Below, in pieces: positions 42,335 through 52,956 of a DNA stretch of 64,000 bases. Position 1 is the stretch's first letter. Each line of letters begins with the position of its first letter. This DNA comes from Pseudomonadota bacterium (lineage in GTDB: Bacteria; Pseudomonadota; Alphaproteobacteria; Rhizobiales; Rhizobiaceae). A program made the translations under genes and the position numbers. The notes beneath the pieces are model-generated. The model was not told the DNA's origin. It searched no databases and saw only the letters and a list, made by a program, of their open reading frames with translations. The stretch lies in contig JAEWOP010000250.1 of NCBI GenBank assembly GCA_023399635.1, positions 2,874 to 66,873 on the forward strand. Direction: 5' to 3'.

Positions 42335-44263
42335 ATGCTTGTCCGCCTGCTGCTCCCGGCGCTCCTTTGGCTCACCTTTGTCGTTCCTGCCTCTAGCGCC
42401 GAATACATCCGGTCCTATCATGCCGACATTCAGGTGGCGGCTGATGGTGAACTGACTGTCTCTGAGACGATCACGGTCAATGCGGAAGGTCGCGACATCC
42501 GTCGCGGCATCTTCCGTGATTTTCCGCTGACGATGGAGGATGAGGAGGGGCGCACACAGCGGGTAGGCTTCGATGTAGTTTCCGTCACCCGCGAAGGGGC
42601 GCCGGAGGACTGGCACACGGAAACGATCTCCGGCGGTATCCGCATCTATACCGGCTCGCAGGATGCGTTCCTTGAGCACGGCGAGCATACTTACGTCATC
42701 ACCTACCGCACCGACCGCCAGATTCGCTATTTTGACGACCACGATGAACTCTACTGGAACGTCACCGGCAATGGCTGGATGTTTCGCATCGAGCAGGCAT
42801 CGGCGCGCGTAACGCTGCCGCAGGGAGCGCAGGTGACGGAGACGGTCGCCTATACGGGTCCTCTTGGTGCCGCCGATACCAATGCAAACATGCGGGCAAG
42901 CGGCAACACTGCCGTTTTCTCGACGACCAGGCCGCTTGCACCCAATGAAGGCCTGACCATTGTGGCAGGAATTCCCAAGGGCGTAATCGCAGCGCCTTCC
43001 GCCGACGATCTGCGCAACTGGTGGTTCCGCGACAACATCAACGCCCTCCTGGGCTTCGGAGGGCTGGCGGCGGTTGCGCTTTATTATGCCCGCAACTGGA
43101 CCCGCGTCGGCAGGGATCCAGCACGAGGTGTCATGGTGCCGCGCTGGCACCCGCCGGAAGGCCTATCGCCTGCACTCGTCAACTACGTAGACAACAAGGG
43201 CTTTTCCGGTGGTGGCTGGACGGCACTTTCTGCCACGGCACTCGATCTTGCGGTCAAAGGCTATGTGACACTCGAAGACATGGAGAACTCGATCACAATT
43301 CGGCGCACCGACAAGAGCGGGGATAAGGAGCTTCCAACTGGCCAGACAGCGCTTCTGAAGGAAATTGGTGGCCCAGGCAACGAATTGGTGATCGACCAGG
43401 CGAACGGCGCGAAGGTGCAGACGGTCGGCACCAGCTTCCGCCGTGCCATCGAGAAGGAACATCGCGGTAGGTATTACAAGGCCAATACCGGCTATGTGGT
43501 CGGCGGTGTCCTGCTCAGCCTCGTCGTGCTCGGCATCTTGTTCGCCTTCGGAAATATCGATCCTGATCTGCTCGTCGTCTTCATGGTGCCGGTCTTCTTC
43601 GCTGCGTTTCTCGGCGGCTTTGCCGTCAGCTTCGGCAAGAAGCTCAGGCGCGGAAGTTCGCTGGTTTCGAAGATTCTTGCTGTGGTCGTTCTCGGCTTCA
43701 TCGGCCTTGTCGCACTCTCTGCCATCTCCAGTATTCTTGTCATTATCGTCACCGATCTTTCTGGAACGGAACATTGGCCGCCGCTCGTATCCGTCGGCGG
43801 CATCGTGTTGATCAACGTCATCTTCCTCTTCCTGATGGGCGCGCCTACGCCGCTGGGTCGCAAGCGGATGGACGAGATCGACGGCCTGCGGACCTATCTC
43901 ACCTTGGCGGAAAAGGACCGCATGAACATGGCCGGCGCACCCACGATGTCGCCGCGCCATTTCGAAACGCTGTTGCCTTACGCCGTCGCGCTTGGTGTCG
44001 AGAAGCCCTGGAGCGAGCACTTCGAGACCTGGCTGGCCACGGCGGCGGCCGGTGCGGCAGCGGCTTCGTATTCGCCTGCATGGTACGACGGTCACGGGGC
44101 AGGCGGCTTCGGCAATCGCATTGGCGGCTTTTCCTCCGCCATGGCCTCGACCATCGCCTCCACAATCCCAACCCCAACGAGCAGTTCCTCGTCCTCCGGT
44201 TATTCCTCCAGCGGCGGCTTTTCCGGCGGCGGTGGGGGAGGCGGCGGCGGCGGGGGGTGGTAG
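42335..44263 (+). CDS. DUF2207 family membrane protein
   Basis: Signal peptide, DELYWNVTGNGW, several TM helices, LPYAVALGV, C-terminal S/G-rich GGGGGGGW. Confidence 0.9.
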   Translation: MLVRLLLPALLWLTFVVPASSAEYIRSYHADIQVAADGELTVSETITVNAEGRDIRRGIFRDFPLTMEDEEGRTQRVGFDVVSVTREGAPEDWHTETISGGIRIYTGSQDAFLEHGEHTYVITYRTDRQIRYFDDHDELYWNVTGNGWMFRIEQASARVTLPQGAQVTETVAYTGPLGAADTNANMRASGNTAVFSTTRPLAPNEGLTIVAGIPKGVIAAPSADDLRNWWFRDNINALLGFGGLAAVALYYARNWTRVGRDPARGVMVPRWHPPEGLSPALVNYVDNKGFSGGGWTALSATALDLAVKGYVTLEDMENSITIRRTDKSGDKELPTGQTALLKEIGGPGNELVIDQANGAKVQTVGTSFRRAIEKEHRGRYYKANTGYVVGGVLLSLVVLGILFAFGNIDPDLLVVFMVPVFFAAFLGGFAVSFGKKLRRGSSLVSKILAVVVLGFIGLVALSAISSILVIIVTDLSGTEHWPPLVSVGGIVLINVIFLFLMGAPTPLGRKRMDEIDGLRTYLTLAEKDRMNMAGAPTMSPRHFETLLPYAVALGVEKPWSEHFETWLATAAAGAAAASYSPAWYDGHGAGGFGNRIGGFSSAMASTIASTIPTPTSSSSSSGYSSSGGFSGGGGGGGGGGGW

Positions 44264-44374
44264 GGGCCTCGTCGTAGGCTACTACCGAATGACTTTTCCT
44301 CCCCGTCAGGATGACTTTTGCTGCGCGGCTTGCTAAGTCCGCGGCGATCCCTTTTACAGCGCAAAGAAATCATC

Positions 44375-46663
44375 ATGCCTGATCTGCTGCTCGAACTCCG
44401 TTCAGAGGAAATCCCTGCCCGCATGCAACGCAAGGCGGCCGGCGACCTAAAAAAACTGGTCACCGATGCACTGGTCGAAGCAGGGCTGACCTATGAAGGC
44501 GCACGGGAATACTGGACACCACGCCGGCTGACGCTTGATCTGCGCGGCTTGACCGCTCGTTCGGCGGACCAGCGCGAGGAGATCAAGGGTCCGTCGACAA
44601 AGGCGCCGGAACAGGCGGTGCAGGGGTTCCTCCGGAAGGCTGGCCTGTCTTCGGTTTCCGAAGCACAGGTGGTCAGCGACCCGAAGAAGGGCGACTTCTA
44701 TCTCGCCGTTGTTTCCAAGCCAGGTCGTGCCGCCGAAGAGATTATCGCCGATGTGATGCCTGGCATTATCCGCAATTTTCCATGGCCACGAACCATGCGC
44801 TGGGGTGCGGCCTCCATGCCGAAGGGTGCCCGCTTCGGCGGCGTGGACGGTAAGGGCTCAGAGAGCTTGCGTTGGGTGCGTCCCCTGCAGTCCATCGTTT
44901 GCGTGTTCGGTCCCGAGCATGAGGAGACCCAGGTCATCCCGTTTGAGGTTGATGGACTGGTTGCCGGCAATGTCACCTATGGCCACCGTTTCCACGCGCC
45001 CGCCGCCATAACAGTGCGCCGCTTCGAGGACTATGTCTCGGGCCTTGAGAGAGCGAAAGTCATGCTCGATGCGGAGCGGCGCAAGGACGTCATCCTGCAC
45101 GATGCGCGCGATCTTGCCTTCGCCAATGGACTCGAACTCGTCGAGGACGAGGGCCTCTTGGAGGAGGTCTCGGGCCTCGTCGAATGGCCGCATGTGCTGA
45201 TGGGAGAATTCGAGCAGGAGTATCTGGAAATACCGGCCGAGATCATCCGGCTGACCATCAAGACGAACCAGAAATGCTTCGTCACCCGCCCCCAAGGCGC
45301 GACCGAAGGCTTGTCTAATCGCTTCATCCTGATCTCCAACATCGAGGCAAAGGACGGAGGCAAGGAGATTGTCCATGGCAACGGCAAGGTTGTGCGTGCG
45401 CGCCTGTCTGATGCCAAGCATTTCTGGGTACGCGATCAGGGCGATCTTCCTGACCTCCAGGAGTTGCAAGCCTCGGCTGAGAAATTCGGCCTGGACCTGA
45501 AAAAACCGCTCGACCAGCGGATGGCAAAGCTCGACGCGCTGAATGTCACTTTTCACGCGAAGCTCGGCTCCCAGGGCCGCCGCGTCGGGCGCATGCGTTC
45601 GCTGGCGAAGGAGATCGCGAAGGTCACCGGTGCCGACCCGGCTCGTGTCGACCGCGCCGTCGTGCTTGCCAAAGCCGACCTTCGCACGGAGGCAGTGGGC
45701 GAGTTTCCTGAATTGCAGGGCCTGATGGGGCGCCGCTATGCCCTGCTTCAGGGCGAGGACGCGTCCGTTGCGGCCGCGATTGAAGATCATTACAAGCCGC
45801 AGGGACCGTCCGACCGCGTGCCGAACGACCGGGTGGCAATCACGGTGGCGCTTGCCGACAAGCTCGACACGCTCGCCGGCTTCTGGGCGATCGACGAGAA
45901 GCCGACGGGCTCCAAGGACCCCTATGCGCTGCGCCGCGCAGCACTTGGTGTCGTGCGTATCCTGTTGGAACGAAACGTGCGGCTGAACCTGCTCCCGATG
46001 CTGCAGGCGGCCATGCCGGGCAAGGCAGATGCGCCGGTCGTATCGCAGATGAACAATGAAAGCTCGGACAAGGCGCAGGCTCTTGCCGACAACAGCTACA
46101 TCAACGAGACCTTCCCCGTTGTTGATCTTTCCGGAGATGTAGCAGGCGACCTCCTGTCGTTCTTCCACGATCGCCTGAAGGTCTATCTGCGTGATCAAGG
46201 CGCCCGCCACGACATCATTGATGCCGTGTTGACGCCGGATGCGGATGACCTCTTGATGGTTGCCCGTCGCGCCGAGGCACTGACTGCCTTCGTGACGTCC
46301 GAGGACGGCCGAAATCTTCTGGCCGGCACCAAGCGGGCGGTGCAACTGCTGGCCGCCGAGGAAAAGAAGGGCACAGTCATCGCAGACGGCGTGGCAGACG
46401 AACTGCTGAAGCTTGATGCGGAGAGGGCGCTTCGGTCCGTTGTCTCGCAGGCTTCCGGTGAGGCTTCCGACGCTATCGCCAAGGAAGACTTCCGTTCTGC
46501 AATGGAGGCTTTGTCGAAGCTGCGCGCGCCGGTGGACCACTTCTTTGAAGAGGTGCTGGTCAATGACGAAGACACGGCGATCCGCGCAAACCGCCTGGCC
46601 CTGTTGAAGGCAATCCGGGAAGCGACCGGAACTGTGGCGGACTTCTCCAAGATCAGCGGCTAG
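44375..46663 (+). CDS. glyS: Glycine--tRNA ligase beta subunit
   Basis: [35 protein letters not shown] and NRLALL motifs. Confidence 0.98.
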   Translation: MPDLLLELRSEEIPARMQRKAAGDLKKLVTDALVEAGLTYEGAREYWTPRRLTLDLRGLTARSADQREEIKGPSTKAPEQAVQGFLRKAGLSSVSEAQVVSDPKKGDFYLAVVSKPGRAAEEIIADVMPGIIRNFPWPRTMRWGAASMPKGARFGGVDGKGSESLRWVRPLQSIVCVFGPEHEETQVIPFEVDGLVAGNVTYGHRFHAPAAITVRRFEDYVSGLERAKVMLDAERRKDVILHDARDLAFANGLELVEDEGLLEEVSGLVEWPHVLMGEFEQEYLEIPAEIIRLTIKTNQKCFVTRPQGATEGLSNRFILISNIEAKDGGKEIVHGNGKVVRARLSDAKHFWVRDQGDLPDLQELQASAEKFGLDLKKPLDQRMAKLDALNVTFHAKLGSQGRRVGRMRSLAKEIAKVTGADPARVDRAVVLAKADLRTEAVGEFPELQGLMGRRYALLQGEDASVAAAIEDHYKPQGPSDRVPNDRVAITVALADKLDTLAGFWAIDEKPTGSKDPYALRRAALGVVRILLERNVRLNLLPMLQAAMPGKADAPVVSQMNNESSDKAQALADNSYINETFPVVDLSGDVAGDLLSFFHDRLKVYLRDQGARHDIIDAVLTPDADDLLMVARRAEALTAFVTSEDGRNLLAGTKRAVQLLAAEEKKGTVIADGVADELLKLDAERALRSVVSQASGEASDAIAKEDFRSAMEALSKLRAPVDHFFEEVLVNDEDTAIRANRLALLKAIREATGTVADFSKISG

Positions 46664-46717
46664 ACCGTTGACTGGCGAGACTGATCCGCCACGAGGTGAT
46701 CGTGATTGAGAGGGAGG

Positions 46718-47164
46718 TCAGTCGAGCCGAAGTTCCAACGCGCTGAAGTCGATTGGCGCCGGCTCGTCTTCCAACCCCATTGCTGTGACGTCAGGATGAA
46801 CGGCACCGACGGTGGCACCGCGGTCGACCCCGTCTCCAGCCGTTCCGGCAATGGCGGAACCGCTCCCCGAGGTCCAGTCACGTGCTTTGCTGACGTGAAC
46901 CACAGGCGACCCACCCAACCAGGCCTCGGTGCGCAACATCTTCTTCTCGCCGTTGATCTCGACGATCTCGGTCTTCTGGGAGCCCGGCTCCAGGGTCGGG
47001 ACCTGGTAACTGGCTGCCACGTCCTTTGGCTTCAGCGGAGGGCATTCCGCACAGCTCTTCGAAACCACGCTGCCATTGCCGCCATGGTTCGTCACTGGCG
47101 TGATGGAAGACGCAAACGCCGTCCCGCTCGCCAGGATCAGGGCACTCGTCAGCAAGAAACGCAT
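46718..47164 (-). CDS. Secreted small protein with CxxC (resembles the HPE1-like rhizobial family)
   Basis: Signal peptide ending AFA, CAECP, RTEAWLGGSPV; family name from recall only. Confidence 0.65.
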   Translation of the reverse strand: MRFLLTSALILASGTAFASSITPVTNHGGNGSVVSKSCAECPPLKPKDVAASYQVPTLEPGSQKTEIVEINGEKKMLRTEAWLGGSPVVHVSKARDWTSGSGSAIAGTAGDGVDRGATVGAVHPDVTAMGLEDEPAPIDFSALELRLD

Positions 47165-47253
47165 GGCACGACTCCTCTCATGGAGGAGAAGCTTTAGCCG
47201 TGGAGCATTTCCATCCCGTCAGCAGAACTGGTAAAATTTAAGTTAAGGCCATT

Positions 47254-48525
47254 TCAGGGGTTTTCGCGTGCGATGGCCCGCCAGCCAATGTCGCGCCGGC
47301 AAAAGCCGTTGTCCCAGCTTACGCGTTCAAGCAGCGCATATGCCTTTGCCTGAGCTTCGGCGACGGTAGGGCCGGTCGCAGTAACATTGAGGACGCGGCC
47401 GCCGGTCGCGACCAGTTTCCCGTCCTTCAAGGCCGTACCCGCATGAAAAATCTTCTCATCGGCAGCTGTCTCGGGAAGCGATCCAATCGGCGTATCCTTC
47501 TCATAAGATCCCGGATAGCCCTTTGATGCCATCACCACCGTCAGTGCCACATCATCCGACCATTCCGCCGAGACCTGATCAAGCGTGCCGGTTGCCGCAG
47601 CATGCAGGAGCGGCAGCAGATCGCTCTTCAGCCGCATCATCAGCACCTGGCATTCCGGGTCGCCGAAACGGACATTGTACTCAATCAGCTCGGGTCCCTT
47701 CAGCGTGATCATGAGGCCGGCGAAGAAGACGCCGGTGAAGGGGTGTCCGCTTTCCGCCATCCCCCGGATCGTCGGCTCGATGATCTCCTTCATCGTGCGC
47801 TCGACCATCTGCGGCGTCATGACAGGCGCTGGAGAATAGGCACCCATGCCTCCCGTGTTTGGGCCGGTGTCACCATCGCCAACGCGTTTGTGGTCCTGTG
47901 CGGTTGCCAGGGCAAGCGCCGTCTTGCCGTCGGATAGGCAAAAGAAGCTTGCTTCCTCGCCGTCAAGGAAGGCCTCAACCACGACCTCCGCGCCGGCGGC
48001 GCCGAACGCTCCGGAGAAGCAGTCGTCGACGGCTGCGAGCGCATCCTCCAATGTCATGGCAACTGTCACGCCCTTGCCCGCCGCCAACCCGTCGGCCTTG
48101 ATGACAATCGGAGCGCCCTGATCAATGACATAGGCCTTGGCGCTGTCAGCTTCGGTAAACCGGCGATAAGCACCCGTCGGGATATTGTAGCGGGCACACA
48201 GATCCTTGGTGAAACCCTTCGAGCCCTCCAGCTGGGCAGCCGCTGCGGAGGGGCCGAAGACGGCAATGCCTTGCTCGCGGAGCCGATCCGCCAAGCCCGC
48301 AACCAGCGGCGCCTCCGGTCCCACGACGACGAGATCGATACCTGCATCTCGGCAATGCTTGACCACGGCCGCATGGTCGTCGACGTCCAAGGAGATGAGT
48401 TCGCCATGCTCGGCGATGCCGGGATTGCCGGGAGCCACAAAGAGCTTCGTCAACAGGGGGGACTGGGCGAGTTTCCAGGCCAGCGCATGCTCGCGTCCAC
48501 CGGAGCCGATCAGCAGAACCTTCAT
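47254..48525 (-). CDS. purD: Phosphoribosylamine--glycine ligase
   Basis: [25 protein letters not shown] and [10 protein letters not shown] motifs. Confidence 0.99.
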   Translation of the reverse strand: MKVLLIGSGGREHALAWKLAQSPLLTKLFVAPGNPGIAEHGELISLDVDDHAAVVKHCRDAGIDLVVVGPEAPLVAGLADRLREQGIAVFGPSAAAAQLEGSKGFTKDLCARYNIPTGAYRRFTEADSAKAYVIDQGAPIVIKADGLAAGKGVTVAMTLEDALAAVDDCFSGAFGAAGAEVVVEAFLDGEEASFFCLSDGKTALALATAQDHKRVGDGDTGPNTGGMGAYSPAPVMTPQMVERTMKEIIEPTIRGMAESGHPFTGVFFAGLMITLKGPELIEYNVRFGDPECQVLMMRLKSDLLPLLHAAATGTLDQVSAEWSDDVALTVVMASKGYPGSYEKDTPIGSLPETAADEKIFHAGTALKDGKLVATGGRVLNVTATGPTVAEAQAKAYALLERVSWDNGFCRRDIGWRAIARENP

Positions 48526-48675
48526 GTCTCGCCCTTCCTTCTTGGTCTCAAGCGGCGGTTAAGGGGAGGGGGGGCAAAGGTCAAGCATGCATCCTGTGGA
48601 ATCGCGGGTCTTCCACGTTGCCATGCCCTAAAGTTTCACTATGGTCTCGCCTCCCGACGAGAATGAGAGACCGCC

Positions 48676-50982
48676 ATGGCCGCCGATATCCGTTTCCTCG
48701 CCGCAGCAATCGCCGCGGAGATCAAGGCCCGACCCGAACAGGCCGCCGCTGCGATCGGATTGCTCGACGAAGGCGCAACCGTTCCCTTCATCGCGCGATA
48801 TCGCAAGGAAGTGACGGGAGGCCTCGATGACACGCAGCTGCGCGATCTCGCGGAGCGCCTGGTCTATCTGCGTGAGTTGGAAGCACGGCGAAGCTCGATC
48901 ATCGACTCCATCAATTCCCAGGGCAAGATGACGGATGAGCTGGCCGGCAAGCTAGCGGGTGCCGCCACCAAGGCGGAGCTTGAGGATCTTTACCTCCCCT
49001 ACAAACCGAAGCGCCGCACCCGCGCCGAGATTGCACGCGAACGCGGCCTCCAGCCGCTCGCCGACGCCATCTGGGCCGACCGCCTGGCGGATCCAGCCAA
49101 GCTTGCTGAAGCCTATGTGGCCGGCGAAGTCACCGACGTGAAGATGGCGCTGGAAGGTGCGCGGGATATCGTCGCCGAAGCAGTCTCCGAAAACGCCGAT
49201 CTGCTTGGTCGTCTGCGCCAGCACATGCGCAACGGCGCCATGCTGAAGGCCAAGGTGGTCGACGGAAAGCAGGAGGCCGGGGCCAAGTTTTCCGATTATT
49301 TCGACCACTCCGAGCGCTGGGCCACAGTTCCCGGACACCGGGCGCTCGCCATGCTGCGCGGCTGGAACGAGGAAATTCTGACGCTGTCGATCGAGGTCGA
49401 CGCTGATGATCCGTCACCCGTGAAGCCGGCGCAGCGGGTCATCGCCGCAGCCTTCGAGATCGGCGACAAGGGACCAGCAGATCGCTGGCTGCTGGAGGTC
49501 GCCGGATGGACCTGGCGGGTGAAGCTCTCCACCTCGCTTTCGCTCGACCTGATGCGCGAACTCCGCGAGCGCGCCGAGGAGGAGGCGATCCATGTCTTCG
49601 CCCGTAACCTGAAGGATCTGCTGTTGGCGGCCCCCGCCGGTTCGCGCCCGACCATGGGCCTGGATCCAGGTATCCGCACCGGCGTCAAGGTCGCCGTCGT
49701 CGATGGCACGGGCAAGCTGCTGGAGGCCACCACGGTTTACCCGTTCCCGCCGAGGAACGATATCCGTGGCACCCAGGCGGAGCTTGCCGCGCTCATCCGC
49801 AAGCACGGTGTCGACCTGATCGCCATCGGCAACGGCACCGGCAGCCGCGAGACCGAAAAGCTGGTCGCCGACATGCTCGCCAACCTGCCGGCGCCAAAGC
49901 CGACCAAGGTCATCGTGTCGGAAGCCGGAGCATCCGTGTATTCCGCATCTCAAACGGCTGCCGCCGAATTTCCCAACCTCGACGTCTCCTTGCGCGGTGC
50001 CGTCTCAATCGCCCGCCGCCTGCAGGATCCGCTGGCCGAACTGGTGAAGATCGAGCCGAAATCGATTGGCGTCGGGCAGTACCAGCACGATGTCGATCAG
50101 GGGAAGCTTTCGCGTTCGCTGGACGCGGTTGTGGAAGATGCGGTGAATGCGGTCGGTGTCGATCTCAACACAGCATCGAGCCCGCTTCTGGCGCGCGTTT
50201 CCGGCCTCAGCCGCTCGATAGCGGACGCCATCGTGTCCCACCGGGACCAGAACGGTCCCTTCCAGAGCCGCAAGGAACTCCTCAAGGTTGCCCGTCTCGG
50301 CAACCGCACCTTCGAACAGGCAGCCGGCTTCCTGCGCATCCCGAACGGCAAGGAGCCGCTCGATGCTTCGGCGGTCCACCCGGAGGCCTATGGAGTGGCG
50401 AAGAAGATTGTTGCTGCCTGCGGCCGCGACCTGCGCTCGGTCATGGTGGACAGCGGTGCTCTGAAGGCGCTCGATCCGCGCCGATTCACTGACGAGCAAT
50501 TCGGCCTGCCGACGATCAAGGACATTCTTGCCGAGTTGGAAAAGCCTGGGCGGGATCCACGTCCAAGCTTCAAGACCGCGACCTTCGCGGAAGGGATCGA
50601 CGAGATCAGCGACCTGAAACCTGGCATGCTTCTGGAGGGCACCGTGACCAATGTTGCCGCCTTTGGCGCCTTCGTCGACATCGGTGTCCACCAGGACGGA
50701 CTGGTGCACGTCTCGCAACTCGCCGACCGCTTCGTCAAGGATCCGCATGAGGTGGTTAAGGCAGGCGATGTGGTGAAGGTACGCGTGGTCGAGGTGGACC
50801 CCAAGCGTAAGCGGATTGCCTTGTCCATGCGCAAGGATGGCGGGGAGGCGGCGCCCGCTCCACGCAGCGCAGATCGCGGTGCACCAAGAGTCAATCCGAA
50901 GCAGATGAAGGCGGAGCCGAAAGGCGCGTCGTCTCCAGGTGCCCTTGGGGCGGCGTTGGCAGAGGCGATGAAGCGCCGCTGA
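48676..50982 (+). CDS. tex: Tex family RNA-binding transcriptional accessory protein
   Basis: [36 protein letters not shown] and a C-terminal S1 domain. Confidence 0.96.
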   Translation: MAADIRFLAAAIAAEIKARPEQAAAAIGLLDEGATVPFIARYRKEVTGGLDDTQLRDLAERLVYLRELEARRSSIIDSINSQGKMTDELAGKLAGAATKAELEDLYLPYKPKRRTRAEIARERGLQPLADAIWADRLADPAKLAEAYVAGEVTDVKMALEGARDIVAEAVSENADLLGRLRQHMRNGAMLKAKVVDGKQEAGAKFSDYFDHSERWATVPGHRALAMLRGWNEEILTLSIEVDADDPSPVKPAQRVIAAAFEIGDKGPADRWLLEVAGWTWRVKLSTSLSLDLMRELRERAEEEAIHVFARNLKDLLLAAPAGSRPTMGLDPGIRTGVKVAVVDGTGKLLEATTVYPFPPRNDIRGTQAELAALIRKHGVDLIAIGNGTGSRETEKLVADMLANLPAPKPTKVIVSEAGASVYSASQTAAAEFPNLDVSLRGAVSIARRLQDPLAELVKIEPKSIGVGQYQHDVDQGKLSRSLDAVVEDAVNAVGVDLNTASSPLLARVSGLSRSIADAIVSHRDQNGPFQSRKELLKVARLGNRTFEQAAGFLRIPNGKEPLDASAVHPEAYGVAKKIVAACGRDLRSVMVDSGALKALDPRRFTDEQFGLPTIKDILAELEKPGRDPRPSFKTATFAEGIDEISDLKPGMLLEGTVTNVAAFGAFVDIGVHQDGLVHVSQLADRFVKDPHEVVKAGDVVKVRVVEVDPKRKRIALSMRKDGGEAAPAPRSADRGAPRVNPKQMKAEPKGASSPGALGAALAEAMKRR

Positions 50983-51101
50983 AGCCATCGGCTCAGCGCT
51001 GTTCCTGCCCCGCATGCGGTTTGCCTCATCGGCCTGCGCGGACAGGCGGTCGCTTTTCCTTCGCCTTGACGGTGTGTCGTTACGCCAGCTAGGACCATGG
51101 C

Positions 51102-52055
51102 ATGACGAACACGAATGATCTGAATGGTCGCGTCTATGATGCGCCCTCCAACAACTGGGTCTACCGGGTTCTACCCCGGGCCGCCTGGCCTTATGCGCAG
51201 CTCGCTCGCTGGGACCGTCCGATTGGCTGGCAGCTTTTGATGTGGCCCTGCTTCTGGTCGTCGGCCTTGGCGGCCAATCATGCGGCATCGCTGCAGCTAC
51301 TGTCTGTAGGCCTGTTCGTCTTCCACCTGTTCCTGTTCTTCGTCGGCTCCGTTGCCATGCGGGGTGCTGGCTGTACCTATAACGACCTCGTCGACCACAA
51401 GATCGACAGCGAGGTAGCGCGCACCCGCTCGCGCCCACTGCCGTCCGGGCGGGTGAGCCGCTTTGAGGCAAAGGTATTCCTGGTGCTGCAGGCGCTGGTC
51501 GGGCTGCTTGTCCTGATTCAGTTCAACAGCTTTGCGATCCTCCTCGGGATCGCATCTTTGGCCGTCGTCGCCGTTTACCCCTTCGCCAAGCGCTTCACCG
51601 ACTGGCCCCAATTTTTCCTTGGCCTTGCCTTTTCCTGGGGCGGGTTGATGGGATGGGCCGGCATCTTCGGCAGCCTCTCATGGGCGCCGGTCTGGCTCTA
51701 TCTCGGCGCCGTTGCCTGGACCATCGGTTACGACACCATCTATGCGCATCAGGACAAGGAGGATGATGCGCTCGTTGGCGTACGCTCGACCGCGCGCCTT
51801 TTCGGCGAACATACCAAGGGCTGGCTGATCGGCCTTTACGGACTGACCCTGGTTTTGCTTGTTCTTGCCTATGCAGCAGCCGGCGTCGGCTTGCTGGCCT
51901 ATCTAGGCCTTGCAGTCGCGGCGATCATGTTCGCATGGCAAATTCTGGTGCTCGATATCGATAATGCCGATCAATGCCTCTCGCTGTTCAAGTCGAACAG
52001 CCGTGTCGGCGCCGTGATCTTTCTAGGCTTGATCCTGGCCTTGCCTTTTGCCTGA
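51102..52055 (+). CDS. ubiA: 4-hydroxybenzoate polyprenyltransferase
   Basis: RWDRPIG, NDLVD..ID..V.RTRSRPL and YDTIYAHQDKEDD motifs. Confidence 0.96.
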   Translation: MTNTNDLNGRVYDAPSNNWVYRVLPRAAWPYAQLARWDRPIGWQLLMWPCFWSSALAANHAASLQLLSVGLFVFHLFLFFVGSVAMRGAGCTYNDLVDHKIDSEVARTRSRPLPSGRVSRFEAKVFLVLQALVGLLVLIQFNSFAILLGIASLAVVAVYPFAKRFTDWPQFFLGLAFSWGGLMGWAGIFGSLSWAPVWLYLGAVAWTIGYDTIYAHQDKEDDALVGVRSTARLFGEHTKGWLIGLYGLTLVLLVLAYAAAGVGLLAYLGLAVAAIMFAWQILVLDIDNADQCLSLFKSNSRVGAVIFLGLILALPFA

Positions 52056-52061
52056 AACGCA

Positions 52062-52084
52062 GGAACCCGGCTTGTGGCCGGGCT
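52062..52084. terminator. Hairpin between convergent ubiA and the DUF6101-like gene
   Basis: CCCGGC-ttgtg-GCCGGG inverted repeat; no strong U tract. Confidence 0.45.
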
Positions 52085-52113
52085 CCAGCATCTGCGCGGG
52101 CGGCGGTGGATGG

Positions 52114-52680
52114 TTAGCGCCGCGCGATGATCTCCTTGCCTTCGATCTTCATCGTCACGCCCAGCTTGCCGGTCGTGCGGCGCACCAGGAAGCGCGGCCG
52201 CCGGTCTGCGAAGTAGGAATGACGGCGGCGCGGTTTGGTCGCATGTGTGCGGACGTCGCCGATATGGTTCTCCAGCGGTCGGGCGATGCCGTCCGCCTCG
52301 ACCATCAGCATCGGAATGCGGAAAGCTTCGGCCCAGCTGCGCCAGTCCGCAGCAATGTCACACAGGTCGTGCGCCACAAGCAAAGGGATGCAAAGCTCTG
52401 GATCTTCGTGGTGCAGTTCCAGGGTGACCGTCACTTCGCCGTTGCCGTGATCGATGGCACGAGCGGCAACGCCCTTGAAGGCGCGGGCCGGCAGCGCGAA
52501 CGATAGTGGCAGCCCGCTTGTGGGCAGGGTCTTGCGAAGGACGGCGCCGCGCGCGTCGATCGTGATCACGACATCTTCGGACGTATCGCGAAGGGCATAG
52601 GTGACCTGCTGCGGAAAGCGTGTCGGGTCAAGCCTCAGCGTTGCACCTGCCCATGCGGGCTTCAGAACCGTGTTTGACAT
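52114..52680 (-). CDS. Conserved hypothetical protein (DUF6101-like)
   Basis: MSNTVLKPAWAG.TLRLDP...LELHHEDPELCIPL...RRPRFLVRR...EIIARR; family name from recall. Confidence 0.75.
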   Translation of the reverse strand: MSNTVLKPAWAGATLRLDPTRFPQQVTYALRDTSEDVVITIDARGAVLRKTLPTSGLPLSFALPARAFKGVAARAIDHGNGEVTVTLELHHEDPELCIPLLVAHDLCDIAADWRSWAEAFRIPMLMVEADGIARPLENHIGDVRTHATKPRRRHSYFADRRPRFLVRRTTGKLGVTMKIEGKEIIARR

Positions 52681-52956
52681 TGTGTATGCTACCCTTGTTT
52701 TACCTGAGAGCCGTTTCCGGTGTCTCTGCGGGACTTTTGTCCTCTGATGGGCAGACCATACGAGCCGGCCTGTGCCTGACCGCTTAAAAATCGCGGTTAA
52801 GGAAGTTTTGCCTCGAGCGATGGTTATCGAAACCCACCCGAGCCTGGTTTCCAGAGGGTGAACATGGGCTGGAAGCTCTCCAGATGCTACAAAAGCCCCG
52901 GGCAAGGCTCTTCGGCGATGATGCCTACGGCATTATTATGAGCGGAGCCTCAGTTC

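Noticed and set aside
52784..52800. TTAA-N9-TTAA as a canonical CtrA box
   Set aside because: The spacing is 9 rather than 7, so it is kept only as a weak remark and not listed as a feature.
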